Made by a program: the position numbers and the translations under genes. A model generated the notes under the pieces. That model ran no database searches. It was not told where the DNA came from and worked only from the letters and a program-made list of their open reading frames with translations. DNA of 64,000 nucleotides, taken from Cirrosporium novae-zelandiae. Taxonomy: Eukaryota. Numbering within the stretch: position 1 is the first letter of the stretch; each line of letters begins with the position of its first letter. Below are positions 1 through 13,728 of the stretch, piece by piece. The stretch covers positions 248,001-312,000 of the forward strand of contig JAPETS010000029.1 in assembly GCA_026023565.1 (NCBI GenBank). The letters are read 5' to 3'.

Positions 1-242
1 CGATAAAGCAAACTCATGAACTCCATTTCAAATTTTTTTTTTTTTTCAGAAATAGAGAAAGAGAATTAAAACAAATCCATGATACATTTGTATACCAAAA
101 TTATAAGCTTCCAAGTACCCTTCCAAAAATTGAAGCCCAACATCTAAAGTACCCGCATATATACGATGATGACCTCACCACAAAAATTTCACATCCCATC
201 CAACAAACTCAATTCAAATCAAATGAAAAGAAACACACGTAC

Positions 243-303
243 CTCCAAGTTTGATATCGAAAAAAACGATGGGATTAGGTTCTGCTGCTGGACTGTCTGC
301 CAT
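243..303 (-). CDS. First exon of a cyclophilin-type peptidyl-prolyl isomerase; gene runs off the left edge
   Basis: ATG at 303 gives MADSPAAEPNPIVFFDIKLG, then a GTACGT donor at 242. NPxVFFDIxxG is the typical cyclophilin N-terminus. No further exon recognised in the window. Confidence 0.75.
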
Positions 304-913
304 GGTTTTCGAGATCTTTGTTGTTTGAAAAAGCAAATAGATGGTTTCTTGACTATCTCTTAGAAAATGAGGAGGGTTGTGGGTTTGAATTGATGGGCTG
401 GGAATTGAGATGATATATAGAACGAGGGGGACGAGGGTGGGGAAGATTAGGGTTGGCGTTTGGATTGATACTTGGTGCAGGAGAGGATATTTGTAGGCTA
501 GCCGGATTGGCTTAGTCTATATCTATGCCTGAGGCTGCAATACCGACTGTTTTTGTTACTCTACTACCACAGTATCCAGACACTTTTTGAAGGCCTATGA
601 CGAAATAGTTTACTTATGATAATTGGAGCATCACTCGTTGTTCCATTTTTAACGCAAATGAAATTATCGTACAAATTATGACCGTAGAATTGCCCCTGTG
701 AAGTAGCTCCTTTTGTACGAATACAAAAGGAAAGCAGGAAAGCATCCAAGGATATCAAAATGAACAGAAATCATGTTGCAGGTTTCAGACCATAGTGCCC
801 GAGAGAGATGCTTCTCTCCGTATATTTATCCCCACCAGAACCTTACCAATTTACCTTCCTTTTCCCTTGATATTTTGTACCTTTGTTTTTATTTTGCCTC
901 GCGCCTTGAACCT

Positions 914-2850
914 TTACACGTCATCCTGATAACTATCCCTTCCATGCCTTCCAGCAGATCCACTACCACTCCCACTTGTAGCGCCATTAGACTTCTTCGC
1001 GCGACCGGAGAGATCCTGCCAGGTCGCCCCAAATCTTCTCCCAGTGCTCGCCAGGAGACCTTCTTCCTCAGCTTCTTCAGCATCCTCATCAAGTTCACTC
1101 TCGTTGAGTCTTGGAGTTCGGAATAAAGATAAAAGAAAGACAATTAGGAAAACACCTATATCCACATAGTTAGCCAGTATTCTTTGAAGTAGTTAGGGGC
1201 TATAGGCTGGTAAATAGAGAAGAGACGAACCGAGGAAAAAGAACTGGCCCCAGAAATCGATAATCCCAAAGAAAGGAAAGTTAACAGTAATGCGGTTCAG
1301 GAACGTGCTAGCAACACTAGGTGTGCAGACATTCTTCGCTGCTGGACTATCAGTCACCTCAGTACAAGGTATGATGTGGCTCTTATGACTAGAACAGTCA
1401 GGTTGTTCTCCAGGGTGTCGTGGAGGATGATCGCAAAAGGTCTGTGGCCCGAAGGTGGCATATTGTGGAGCAACGAGCATGGCGAGAGCATAGTTGCTTG
1501 CGAGAGAGAGTAGGATAAGCATGACAGTCGCCATCAATAGAGCTTGAGGGGATGTATGTCCTTTACGTATTTGGAAAATCCGGACCCAAAGGAAACGAAT
1601 TCCAATGCTAGCAATACCGACAACGGATGCACTGAAGAACACGAGTGCCAGCAGCAAGAAGAGGACATAGTCAATTGGGAAAACCTTGGCGGACTGAACA
1701 AAAACCCAATTCATTGGCTGAAAGACATTGATGTGTCCAAGAAGGTAGCCACAGTGTCGTCCACAGATGGAATTCTTCGCCTTGTCGATGCCCGTGATGA
1801 GCATTGAAACCCAGATGATAATGGATAGAAGCATTAACAAAAGACCACCGATGAGCTTAAGAGGTCGGAAGAAGGCTTCAATCTTGAGCCAGGCACGCAT
1901 GAGCCGACTTTGGCCTTCACCAGTAGCTTCTGCCGCAAGTCGCTCTCGTCGCACCAATGTCCGCTCTTCACGTACCAGAGCATCAAGCTCGCGCCGGTCC
2001 TTAGTGGGAAGTCCATCTTCTCGTCCAGCATTACGGAGCTCAAGTTGACGCTGGCGCTCGCGATTTGCTTCTAGTTGGGATGCCGTGTTTTCACGGAGTG
2101 TTGGTGCGGATATACTAGGTGCAGATTTTATGAAGGAAATTGGGAGAAGGGCAAAGCCAGCAGAGGTATAGAGAATGTAAATAAGGGTACCGATTGTTAC
2201 GAGTAGCCCCAGTGAAAAAGTCAATGCGCGCTCGCCATCTGATTCAAGTACGTGAGTGGTTATATCAAACATGAAAAGAGTGGAATTGACTTACGGTTTT
2301 CCATCAACAAATTTTTGAAATAGTCGAGGTCATAGTGGGCTCCCTTGCGATCGCGCGCGACAGGGGCAAAGAAGCCGACAAGGAATAAAATGACAACTAA
2401 AATAATGAAAACGACTGTATATTTGAATGCGGCCCAAAACCTCTTGCCGATGGACTGTCCACCTTCTTCTGACTCGGCCTCCTCATATTCCTCATACCAA
2501 AAGTAAGTGAACGGCACAACGAGCAAGCATAGGAGGACATCCAGAGAGTAGAGTGCATAATAGACGATTTTTAAGGTGTACACAATGCTGTCAACATCAT
2601 CTTGGGTGGCCCAATCCTTCCTTCGTCCCAGTTTCGAAGAGGTCGTCGAAGAAACCAAGGCAACATCGACAGGTAGCAGTAATACTGTCGCAAGAAGCGC
2701 AGTAAGGGTGAATATGCAAACAACCGTCACGGAAGCGGAGCGATCGCGAGGGGTTTGGTAGACATAGACGAAGATGGAGGCGATGGCTAGCAAGAGGGCG
2801 ACTACAACAGCGTAGACGATCCAAATGAGGGATGTTTGAATGAGAGCCAT
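914..2850 (-). CDS. LMBR1-family membrane protein (probable lysosomal/vacuolar cobalamin transporter), 3 exons
   Basis: Exons 2850-2295, 2238-1231 and 1155-914 join in frame through GT-AG introns. Many TM segments; motifs [41 protein letters not shown]. Confidence 0.9.
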
Positions 2851-3462
2851 GGTGGGTGGCGTGAAAAGAAGTGAAAATGGTCTGTAATTGAAACCTCTCA
2901 GAGGATATGTCGAAACTAGATAAAAGTTTCTTAGAAGAAACGAGGGCGAAGGAAACAAGTTTGAAGGAGTGACGAGCAGATGCAGATGAAGCTCTGGAGT
3001 CTCAACTTTGACGCGGCACGGTACAGAGCTCCAAGAACGCCTCGGGATGACGCAACGACCAACTCCACTGCAGCCTAGAACAACGCCAAAGAGAAGCTTC
3101 TTTGTCAATACGAGATCTACAACAACAACATCATCGACATTTGATAAATATTGCTATCATCAATACAAGCCATGGAGTTTAGCTGCTTCCTTACCACTTT
3201 AAACCTTTGGCTCCCTGCAGGATTCCAAGTAGTCTTATCTCCTAAAACCCAAGTACTCGAGCTATATTACATACCGTACAGGAATGATAGGCACATTAAT
3301 AGTACAGGTCGATGAGTATAGTATATTGCAATTGGGTATATGTCATCATAATATATGTAATTCTACTTTGAATGTATTAAAAGTGTCGAGAGAATCCCTT
3401 CAATCTAGCTTTTTTGGGTACCATATCCTGAGTTACATAAAACCGTTGAAGATTACTTCAAA

Positions 3463-4159
3463 ATGCCACTGCTCTTATATCTTGCTTTCCGCTGGACTAA
3501 AGAAGAGCGTAAGAGTTAGTTTGAGATGCCTCATGACAGTGAGACCCACAGTCATTTGAACCACTGTGGCGATTTTCCGCTAACAATTCCTTGGCTAGAG
3601 CGAATGGATCGTCTCAACGCTGTTGGAGGGTACATCGAACCATCCACCCCGGTAATGGGATTTTCCTTCGATATAGACATGAGCCCTAGGAAAAACAATA
3701 ACCTTTCGGACTTGAATGGGTGGATCACAGGCGAAGAAGGAACAGGAAGCCCCAAGGTCATGATCATCTACGATCAGAAAAGAGTGTACATTGGTCGCAC
3801 CAAGGAAATCAAAGCCAAGTGCCTCAAACTACGTCAAACGGGAAGTAATTTTCCTATTGATCGCGTGGATCTAGAAAAGATCTCACATCTGCGAGTTTTC
3901 AAGAATGTCCCTGAAACACTCAAAGCAACTTTCAATGCAGATATACTAGGCAGATCCTATCTATGGAGCAATTTCTTAGTCGGATTAGAAGAGGTTCAAA
4001 TGAAGCAACTGGCCTTTGAAACCGATGACAGCAAACCTGGAAATGAGGAGACGACCAAGGTTAGTAGTTTATCATTGAATTGAAAAAGTTGCATGGAGAT
4101 GGTAATTAACTTGTATATAGAACGGAAAAGGGAAAGGGAAAGGCAAAAGCGCCCCTTAA
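3463..4159 (+). CDS. Hypothetical orphan protein of about 180 aa, 3 predicted exons
   Basis: ATG 3463; donor at 3509 or 3515; GCTAAC branch 3579; TAG acceptor 3598 in frame with the 3526-4083 ORF. Second intron 4060-4120 leads to NGKGKGKGKSAP-stop at 4159. No family recognised. Confidence 0.55.
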
Positions 4160-4449
4160 GGCTGAGGTTGGACCTTGAATATCTGGCGAGTATGGGCTTC
4201 CTAGGATCATCTTGGGTATTCATGAGGGTGTGCTTGACTTGTATTGGCAACAGGGTTTCCTTTGTGTATTAATACCTTTTGATATTGCCTACCTTACCAT
4301 CGCCGGGAGCTACTGGTGTGGACTTTTTTGAAGCCCCTTTGTGGGATATAATCCGCCTCGGGATCTCTGGTAAGTCGTTAGTTCATAAGCGATATTTCTT
4401 AAAACTAGAGCTAGTCAGTTGTTCGAGTGTGTGTTATGTGTACTCACTA

Positions 4450-6100
4450 TCCTCCTCCATCTCCCCTGCATTCCTCTTCTCCCTCTTTTGGGTATTTAAT
4501 ACCCTTAGAGTCCTATTATATAAATAAGCAGTTGTATTTTTTTGAGAACATAGAAAGAACGAATTTCTGTCTACAAGCTGGAAATAAATTAACTTACTTT
4601 TTGTTCTTCATCTTCTTCTTTGGGGGTCCCTCCTCCTCTCGCACCCCCATCCACAGCCATCCATCATCCCAAACCTTCCTTGATTTACTGAACCTACAAC
4701 GTTCGTAAGACTATCAGCCAGCAATTCCGATCTAAATCTTGATTTCAACTACCAATAACCCAATGTGATATGAAAATAATATCCAAGATTTTAGAAAATT
4801 ATCGATGTGACTTACCTGGTCGTCCAGGGGTTTGTCTACTTCCCCTGCATACTCAGACGATGTTCATCACCTAGTCTCATACCGAGGACAGAAAAGGCAG
4901 CATCTGCTGAGGAACCTACTGTTATGTTATCGGTTTGATGGTTGCAGACATTAGCATAAATGTTGGGATGACTTACCATGGCTGGAGGCTCAAGGGTTGT
5001 AATTTTGTTCTGTTATCAACGATCAACTGAACATACTCACAGCCTCAAGGATAACATAATATATTCTTACCGAACATTCTTATTGTCGTTCCTCTATGGC
5101 TATAAATTCGCTATATCCCACATTATATTTCTATACTGGCCATTTTTCAAGTGCGTGACCCTTGACTTCTAGTTGGGATAGCAAGTGATGGTAATTAATT
5201 ATGAAATTAGAGCTTTATCTAATTCCGTACAACTTGAATTTGCTATGGTTAATTGTATAGCGGAAGTCTGGGACCGTATTTCAAAACTTAGGAGAGTTTG
5301 GTTTCGCGAAAAATAGCATTTGCTCAACACTTTATCTCACAGAGTACAATGAAGTCTCGAAGTTTAATGGTATTGCCTATTTATTAGAACAGAAAGAAAA
5401 CGGTGGGGGATAATAAGGAATCACTCTTCCTAGGTAGAACTAGTTCTTTATTTTTTATAAAGTATTCTGAATGTTTTTTATATATATAGTGTCGGAATAG
5501 TTTGTATTATATATTATTGATGGGGCTTGGTTGTTCTCAATGACTGAGACTATTTCAAAATTAAGAGCAAGTGAGAAAGGATGTGATGAATAAGAAAACT
5601 GTGACTAGGAGTATAGTCTGAAGAATTTAGGGAAGAGTGAGGGAATAAATATTTTCAAGGGACAAGCGGGCTTCTTAAAAGCACACAAGGAGTAAATGCT
5701 GGCTGGGCTATATTCACTGTTCATATCTATTATATAGGAATATGCATATAAAACAAGAATTCTCATGCGAGGCGGTGAATCGTAGAATGAGTGAATGGCT
5801 CACATTTACTACACAGGTAACCTCCTTGTTTGAGATGAAGGCTGCCATTTTTTTATCTAGCGATTCTAACTTAGCCTTCCAAGTGTCAATGATCTGTTGT
5901 CGCTCGATGTTGTCTCATCCCTTACACTTCGAGTTTAGTCGAAAAATATCTTTGTGGAACATCACAAAACAAAGGATCAGACATATCCTTCCTCGTGAAT
6001 CAAGTAATTGCAATAACTGTCCTTGGGCTTTCTGAAGATTAGGCAGCTTATGATCCTGCTAATGTTGAGGAGGAAGTTGTCCTTATTTTATTTGAGCTGC
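4450..6100 (-). pseudogene. Possible decayed multi-exon gene or spliced non-coding transcript
   Basis: Minus-strand GTAAGT donors at about 4976, 4815 and 4597 with plausible branch and acceptor sites, but the exon at about 4816-4915 has stops in all three frames. A protein-like frame at about 5800-6030 is interrupted by TGA. Confidence 0.25.
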
Positions 6101-6482
6101 CTAGCTTAATTTTATAGCGTTAATAATCGATTCATGGGGGCATGTTTGACCTATTATTATCATTCTATTATCGGAATATAGCCTACCATCGTGAAATCTA
6201 TATAATAATGCTTAGTCTATAAGAATTAAGAAATAGATATCTATGCTAAGATCTCAGACTGTCGTGCACAAAGAACCTTTTTAATCCACCAATTATCACG
6301 ACACCTAGGATATGCCTCTTATGACCTATAAGGCACAAATCTAGATATATGACTGGTGTGGATATGCTGACTTAATGTCTAATTTAAGGTGCGAGGTTAG
6401 GAAATCTGTATAAGGTGGAATCATGGAACCTAGGTCACATGAAGTCACGTGAATGCGGCTTGGCATCCGTAATACCAATAAT

Positions 6483-8360
6483 TCATCCGACAACCCCCTT
6501 ACCATCCGTAGTCTTTCCCTCCAATTCACCATGTTCAGGCAGGCCTCGCTCTCTTTTGACGACAACCTCCTCCCCGTGCACAATTTCCGTCACCTCGCCT
6601 GTTTCTGGCCCGGTAAAGTTCTTCCTCCCATCTACAACCCACGTGACTGCGCTAATAAGCATGATGATGCCCACCGCCGCACATGTGTAGTTCATATTTT
6701 CCCGATCGACAGGATAAACCGTGGGGAAGTTGAACGTGATGGACGTGAAGACTAAGTATAGGAATCCGACTATATTGAGTGGTAGTCCCCAGAATCCAAG
6801 AGAGTAGGGCCCAGGAATGACTTTAAAATGCCCTGTCATGTATGAAAGAATGCGTGCGAGAAGAGGAATAGCATAACTAAGGAAGAAACCGAAAGTCGCG
6901 AGAGATATGATTGTTTCGAAGCCGGTGGTTGTGCCAAAGTAGATTGAGTTGAATGCCATTTGTACGATAACAGTTAGGCAGATCGCATAGACCGGGATCT
7001 GTCGTTTCTTCTCAACTCTGGAGAAGAGAGATGAGAACGGAAGGCCATGATCACGAGCAAAGGCGTATACAGAGCGTGATCCTTCTGCCAATAAAGAATT
7101 GCTGGCTACAAGAACGATCACGGTGATGAGAGAGCCGAGAATGCAGGAGCCGACAACGGAGCCGGTGGAGTTGATGAATATTTCAATCAAAGGAACACCC
7201 GTTGACGAGTCTGCAGTGGCAGCAATGTCACCGATACAAAAGGAAGCCGCAATAAGGAAGACCAAACCGGTTATAGCCCCGAGATATACGGATAATATGA
7301 TCGCCCGTGGTGCCTGGTGTGTCGCGTCTTTGATTTCCTCGATCATGTGACTGGGACTATATAAATGTTAGCAATTTGTTCTTGAATAGCTTTCAATTGG
7401 AGACATTCGCGTCATAGCAGCATAAACCGAATGTACTCTGCAGAATACCTATTATAGCTATAGGAAATTAGTTATGGGACTAGAAATGTGTTTTGGGAAA
7501 GCACCTGTATAGCTTTTGCCGAAGCCGGTGAAGTTTTGGAATTCGGAGAAAACGAACGAAGCAGATTGCTTGTGATCATTACAAGCAAGGATAGTAATGA
7601 CAACAATAAAAAAGGAGCAGATATTCCAAATTAAAATGCCATTGGAGAGCTTGTTGAGGAGATGTGACCCCCAAAGGTTCATGGAGGCGGCCATCCATGT
7701 TATGAGGTAGCAGAGTAAGACAACGTGCCAACGCTGAATTTCATACTCTGGATGGGACAGGTTACTCAGTCCCAGTATGAATTCACTTCCAATAAAATTG
7801 TTCACGGCGCCCATGCCAAGAATTCCTACATTATCAGGTCAATAATGAATCTGATGGTGGTTGTAATTAGAGTCGGGGGACCGGAGGATCGGATTCCGAT
7901 ATTTCGGTATCCCGGAACGTACCAATGAGCATAAACCATCCACAAATCCAAGAAAGTCCTCTGGCAATTCGAGGAGGTGCCACTGCTGCTACCCAAGAGT
8001 ACTGTCCACCAGCAACTGGATAGGCGGCGCACATTTCAGCCATTGAATATGCAACAGCCAATGAAACAACACATATTCCAATCCAACTCCAGATCATAAC
8101 AGGTGGACCACCCGATTCGACGCCTATGATCAACGTTCCTCCAAGAGCAGTCCAGCATGTTACAATACTGAAACTAAAACCAATTATACCAAGAGGGCCG
8201 AAGGAACGTTTAAGCTCTAGAGAATCGATTAGTTGCTTGATTATGGGTAGGTGGACAATAGTTCCCAACCCTGATGATAGCCTAAGCCCTCTAGCACTGC
8301 TGCCTGGGTTTCCTCAGTGTTGAGGATATTCGCCTCTTTGTCGGTTGTCGCAGCTGCCAT
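6483..8360 (-). CDS. APC-superfamily amino acid/GABA/choline permease (ACT family, Uga4/Hnm1-like), multi-exon
   Basis: ATG 8360 gives MAAATTDKE...LGYHQE spliced to LKRSFGPLGIIGFSFS. Motifs SMAEMCAAYPVAGGQYSW, EEIKDATHQAPRAI, SRSVYAFARDHGLPFS, NMNYTC. Confidence 0.92.
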
Positions 8361-8439
8361 GACTGGAAATAGACCGGACTGTCTAAATTAATTGAATCAC
8401 AGAACACCAAAATAGCCAGGGAAAAGAGGATAGGGCCTG

Positions 8440-9025
8440 GAGCTATATAAAAACCAGGCCCAGAGATAGAAACAAGCAATTGCATTTTAATTAGTTACAC
8501 AATCTTGTCACCCACTTATGTTTGTCACGGATCATCATCAACGGAGAACCCTGGAGCTGAGGCATGGCCAGTAAGAAGACAGCATGGTGGGATAAATGGC
8601 CATGCAGCATCAAAGTGGATGCGTCAGATCTAGTAATCAAGTTTCAAGCCTGCCTATTTCGTTGATAGCGGGTTGGACAATCATTGGTGTTTTTGGAATG
8701 AAAAGAAAAGCGTTATCATTATAGATTTTACTGTCGTATCTTGAGGAAAGTTTGACATGTAGCAATTGCAAAAAGCTTGGAGGGTGCTAGACGATAGCTT
8801 GGTCCGGTAGATCGTGAGCCCGGAGCTGTTCCCTGTCCTTGTCGGCAACATTTATGGTTTTAGGCCGGCTTTACCGCTGATAATTGATCTGTCCGACACT
8901 AATCCGATGATAACATGGAAATCCCTTTTTTAATGGCTAACAGTACAAGGAAAAGAAGAAGCATAAAATGTGTCTAGTTCCGAAACCACCCACCCGGGAG
9001 GCCTTTCTTTAACGACTCGATAAAA
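8440..9025 (-). promoter_or_regulatory. Permease upstream region with TATA-like element and clustered HGATAR sites (candidate AreA/NIT2 nitrogen control)
   Basis: TATATA at about 8444-8449. HGATAR matches on either strand at about 8464, 8663, 8713, 8792, 8878, 8908 and 9018. Function inferred from known GATA-factor control of nitrogen permeases. Confidence 0.4.
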
Positions 9026-9335
9026 GGTGCTACTTAGATTTTATAGCTATGTACAGGGTATGTTCTACAATCTCCAGTCATCAAAAACCTACCATCTCAA
9101 AGCCAGTTGAACATGGAAGTCGAAGTCAGATTCTGGGAGAATCACCTCATGAAAGATCTCAGCGACAATAATATCCCAAAATCGAGAATGTGACGCCATT
9201 AGGCTTATAGAGTCTCCTGGCTCATCCAATCTCTTGCATGTTAGACAATAGTTCCCACTGTTCTTTTGAAGCGTTCCGTACAACACCAATGCAGATGCAA
9301 CCATCCAAGACACTAGAAAACATATTCTGTAGGTG

Positions 9336-10902
9336 CTATGCTCTTCCCACCAGACTCCCGTCTAGGTATCTTTTGCCTCTTCCTTTCCCTTCCAACTCTA
9401 CAGGATCATCTATTACCGGCCTAAGCCCTTGTCTGGCATCTTCGTCAGGCCAGCCACGACGCCGACGAAGCTTAAGAATCTCTTCACGGATAAGAACAGT
9501 ACACTCCTTCCGGATCTGAACGGCTTCTTCTCCAAACATTAGATCTCCGCTTAGGACCCCAAGCTGGTTATCTTCTGACAAGGACCCATTAGGCATGGGC
9601 TTAATTTCAGGTGAATTATCTCGGGATTCTTCTGCCTTGGTCCAGAACCATCCTCCATCAACACTCTTCTCCTTCTCTACACCATTTTTCACCTTTTTTT
9701 CCAACTTTCTCCATCGCTCTCTCAACTCCTTCCATCGCTCATCACGCTCAACGTCTACTGCTTCTCCAAAGATAACAATCAGCCTCTTTCCGATCCTTGG
9801 GAGAAATCTAGGGAACGGTCGGTCTTCGCACATGATACCATCGAATCCTTCGATGAACATTGGGACAAGGAGAGGAGGCCTTGGAGAGGTTTCAAGAAGC
9901 AGACGTGAGACACCCCATTTTAGGGGAAGGAGAGAATAGTCGTTTTGGGACGATGGAGAATCGGGAGATGGGCCAATGGTGGAAGGTTGGTGAACTCTAC
10001 CTTCCGGAAAGGCATGGAGCCAGGCGCAGGAATTCTGGGCGTATGTCGTCGGGTGGTTCGGCAATGGAGGGTAGTCATACCTTCGAGGATCTCCTACAGT
10101 ACTCATGCTGCCCATTTTTTCCGAGACCAACCCCGATTCATTGTCCTTGAGCGTAGGTGGGGGGAAATTATAGGCCGGGAAAGGACCCTTTGAAAGCAAT
10201 CGAATTGCTTCGGTCATTATGGGCTGGGAAGGGCCACCTAATGGATGCGAATGTAAAAGACGGTGGGTTGGAAGGACTTGACCAAGGGAAAAGAACTTGG
10301 TTAATCCGCTGCAAATGCGTAGAAATGACGGTAAGTATGGGATCGCTGGCAGAACAATGATGAGAAGGGTTGCGCAGAAGCATACTTGCTCTGAAAACAG
10401 ATATCATGACTTCCTAGGCCCCAGCGTAGATTGGAAGGATCCCATTGATAACGTAGTGGTAGAGTCCCCCAAATTAAAGGGTCGTCAAGACTGTCTCCGG
10501 GTTAGGAACCGGTACTAGGCGTAGAGGTGCGGCAACTAGGAGGGAGGAAAGAATGGGTCGGTACGTACGTACACACTGAGATGGTTTGATACTGTTGAGT
10601 TGAGAGAATGTTAGCGTCTATGTATTTTTATAAAATACGGCTATAAATGCCCTCGGCGCAGCGGAAAGAAAATGTCATGGGTAAATTATGAACATACTAG
10701 TTAACAATCCCCTCTCCCTGAACTCGGGGCCTTTTCTCTCATCTAATATCTTCAAGAATCCCTCGAGTCCATAAACTTCCGTTCTATTAAATCCATGAAT
10801 AAAGCCGCGCGACAGGAGGCCAGTAATGCCCATGACGAGAGAGGACGAGAGGCGCCATAACAAGGAAGGAGAGGTAGAGAGAGAGTTCTCATGAGGAGCC
10901 AT
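9336..10902 (-). CDS. TAZ1: Tafazzin (cardiolipin transacylase), 4 exons including a micro-exon
   Basis: Spliced frame reads RERGLLT-VSNHLSV-LDDPLIWG...LRWGLGSHDICF...FFSLGQVLPTHR...WLHAFPEGRVHQ...LKWGVSRL. Contains the HxxxxD acyltransferase motif and FPEG. Confidence 0.92.
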
Positions 10903-11286
10903 TGGGACTAATGGCTCGGGGCGGAGGAAGGAATGGAGTGGAGATGGGGGCCGTAACGGCTATAGGTTCATCGTTATTGAATGAGGCGAGAAATAAAGAG
11001 GAAATAGAATTGTTGGGGAATCTTGGAATCTTTGAATCTTGGCATTTCCGGGGGGATTCAGCCTTGTAAGCGGAACCAGCCCACCAGCCCTATCATCACG
11101 CCCATTCCCGTCCCCAACTCTAAACTCCGAAAGTTCTACTTGATATCGGAAGTCCTTTAGTTACAATATCATATAGTTACAACCTTGGTGCTAATACCTT
11201 CCTTGTTTTTCAACTGCTTTAAACTATAAAGGTCCAATACTCTAGTATACACTTTAAACTAAGTGAGATTTTTGTCATCAAGAACT

Positions 11287-12137
11287 ATGCCTGCCCCGGC
11301 AGGAACGAAACGCGTCAAGGTGAGGTGGTCACCGCAATAACATCCATCTTCATCCTACTGACTTTAGTAGGGCGTCTCTATTTACAGACCCTTTGGTACG
11401 TTACTGGTATCCCCCCGCTCTCATGTTTTGGGAACTAATACCGCGCAGTCTATGGCAGCATCGCCCATCCGATAGACCCTAACAAACGTGAAGATAATCT
11501 GCCTGCAGAACATACCCACCGATGGACAATTTTCGTCCGTGGCGTCGATGGTGAAGACATATCCTACTGGCTTAAAAAAGTACAATTCAAACTCCACGAA
11601 ACCTATGCGAACTCTCTACGAACGATAGACAGTCCTCCTTTTGAGGTGTCTGAAACAGGATGGGGCGAATTTGAGGTCCAGATAAAGCTACATTTTGTGA
11701 GCGAGAGTATGGAGAAGAGTCAGAATCTATGGCATAATCTAAAATTACATCCCTATGGACCAGATGCGGAGAAGCAGAAGGAGGAAAGGACAGCAGTTAT
11801 CAGCCAAAATTATGAAGAAATCATCTTTAACGAACCAGTCGAACAATTTTATGAAATCCTGACAGGTGGTCCGCAACAGACTGGCCGTGGGAAGGGGAAG
11901 GGGAAAATGAAGATTGAGCAGAATACGAGAACCGCAGACATTCCTTATAGGAATACGTCAAACAACCAATATAGCCAAGAGACCGAGGCAAAGGAATTAG
12001 ATAGGTTGAACCAAGCTATCAAGACGGTAGATAGAATGTTAAAAGAGGAGAGAAAACAACTTGGTGACAGGGAAAAAGATCTGGATAAATTGAGAGAGGC
12101 GGAGGGGCTGCCGCCGAGAAGGCCCGATAAAAGATAA
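11287..12137 (+). CDS. YAF9: YEATS-domain protein Yaf9 (NuA4/SWR1 subunit), 3 exons
   Basis: [23 protein letters not shown]...[11 protein letters not shown]...[11 protein letters not shown]...[14 protein letters not shown], followed by a C-terminal coiled coil. Confidence 0.95.
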
Positions 12138-12990
12138 AGTTCGCTCCTGAGGATATCGATCTGGTATATATGAACTGGGGGTCTCCAAGGGCATCCAGAT
12201 AAACACGCCCTACAGTCCACTTAGCACAGCGCGTCGGATAAGAGAAGGCTATGGCCCACTCTAGAGACCTTAACAAAGCTATGCATGACTATTAAACATC
12301 TGTGCCGTATTTTTTGGACGTGACCGATAGCCAACGACCGATTTTCAATAACGCGCTCCAATCAACTTGGTGAGAATCTGGCACCGCGACCAGAAAGCCG
12401 CTGTTTGGAGAAGATTTCCAGCACATGGACCTCAACGAATTTGAAATGGGGAATTGTATGGCTACACAATAGCTATTGTCGAATGAGGGAGTGATGTTGA
12501 CGCTGTTGGCCATGAGAGATTTCCAAGGGCAAGCACCGATAAACCCATAATTAGAAAAAATCTACTTGGACTAAAAAAATCAAATAAATTTAATCGCAAT
12601 CCGATAGAAATATTCCGTCGAAGTGTAGCAATATCGATTAATTCCATCATCAGATATATATATTGGTCAGTCGTGTCGGTCCAAATTGTATGCAAAGAAC
12701 TCCGCAATTCTCGCATCTTCATTGGTCCCCACAACTCACCTCCGTCGGTAACTCGCAACTCTTCTTCCATCTCCATTCCTGACCCCACAACTTCATCGAC
12801 TCACAATTAGCCATCTAGACTCACAACCCTCCATTTCTACTAAAACATAAAGCGCACTTCAATAACGAGCTCTGTGTTCCTTATTTCAAGAAAACCCCGC
12901 CATCCCAACAAAAGAGAAACCCCATTGGCTCCGTGCCCCTAGAGCGCAACTCTATTTCAACCACAACCACAACCACACACGAACACCACC

Positions 12991-13684
12991 ATGTCCTATT
13001 ACTTTGCGATCATAAGTCCCACAGACCAACCTCTATTCACAAGCACATTCGGAACATCGAGGGCAGGAGGCGACGGCATAGCTCGGTTTCGCGAAGATGC
13101 TAGATACCTAAACCAATTTATCGTGCATGCGAGTTTGGATGTGGTGGAGGAAGTCCAATGGAGTAGTGGTTCTCTGTATGCACAACCCTCCTCCTAAAAA
13201 AAAGGAAAGAAAAACACTAACCAACCTCTCCCACAGCTACCACAAAAGAATCGACACCCACCCGCCAACCTCCTCCACCCTCTCACTCTTCCTAACCCCC
13301 TCCCAAACCCGCTTCATCCTCCTCTACACGCCCCCGCCCTCCCTCCTCCCCTCCACAACCTCGACCTCAATCTCAGCCTCCCATCACGTCTCCACGCCGA
13401 GCATCCTCTCCAGCACAACCTCCTCGTCCTCCACCCCCTTCTCCCGCACCTCCCTCTCGCGCACCACCTCTTCCAGCCTCGCCGCCACCTCCACCCAGAC
13501 AGACGAGGCTATGAAGAATTTTTTTACAGAGGTTTTTGAGCTGTGGGTCAAGACGAGCATGAATCCGTTTTATAGCTTTACGGGTGGGGGGACTGTGGGG
13601 AGTGGGAGTGGGGCGGGCGTGGGCGGGATTGATAGTCCGGTTTTTAGGGGGAGGGTTATTGCAGCGGGGAGGAAGTGGTTGTGA
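12991..13684 (+). CDS. TRS20: TRAPP complex subunit Trs20/sedlin, 2 exons
   Basis: MSYYFAII...NQFIVHASLDVVEEVQW, intron about 13176-13236, then FFTEVFELWVKTSMNPFY...FRGRVIAAGRKWL. Has a Ser/Thr-rich insert. Confidence 0.9.
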
Positions 13685-13728
13685 GGGGGGTGGGTTTGGA
13701 GACATGAAAGGGGGGTTGGGGAATAGAG

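Noticed and set aside
2851..3108. N-terminal extension of the 282-aa ORF upstream of MALIQTS
   Set aside because: Non-ATG start and no protein-like features; the ATG at 2850 fits the family N-terminus.
4809..4819. ACTTACCTGG, matching the 5' end of U1 snRNA
   Set aside because: No U1 loop motifs (e.g. CATTGCAC) or Sm site follow; better read as a minus-strand CAG|GTAAGT donor.
12292..12788. Short minus-strand ORFs between YAF9 and TRS20
   Set aside because: No recognisable motifs or convincing splice structure; likely UTR or promoter sequence.
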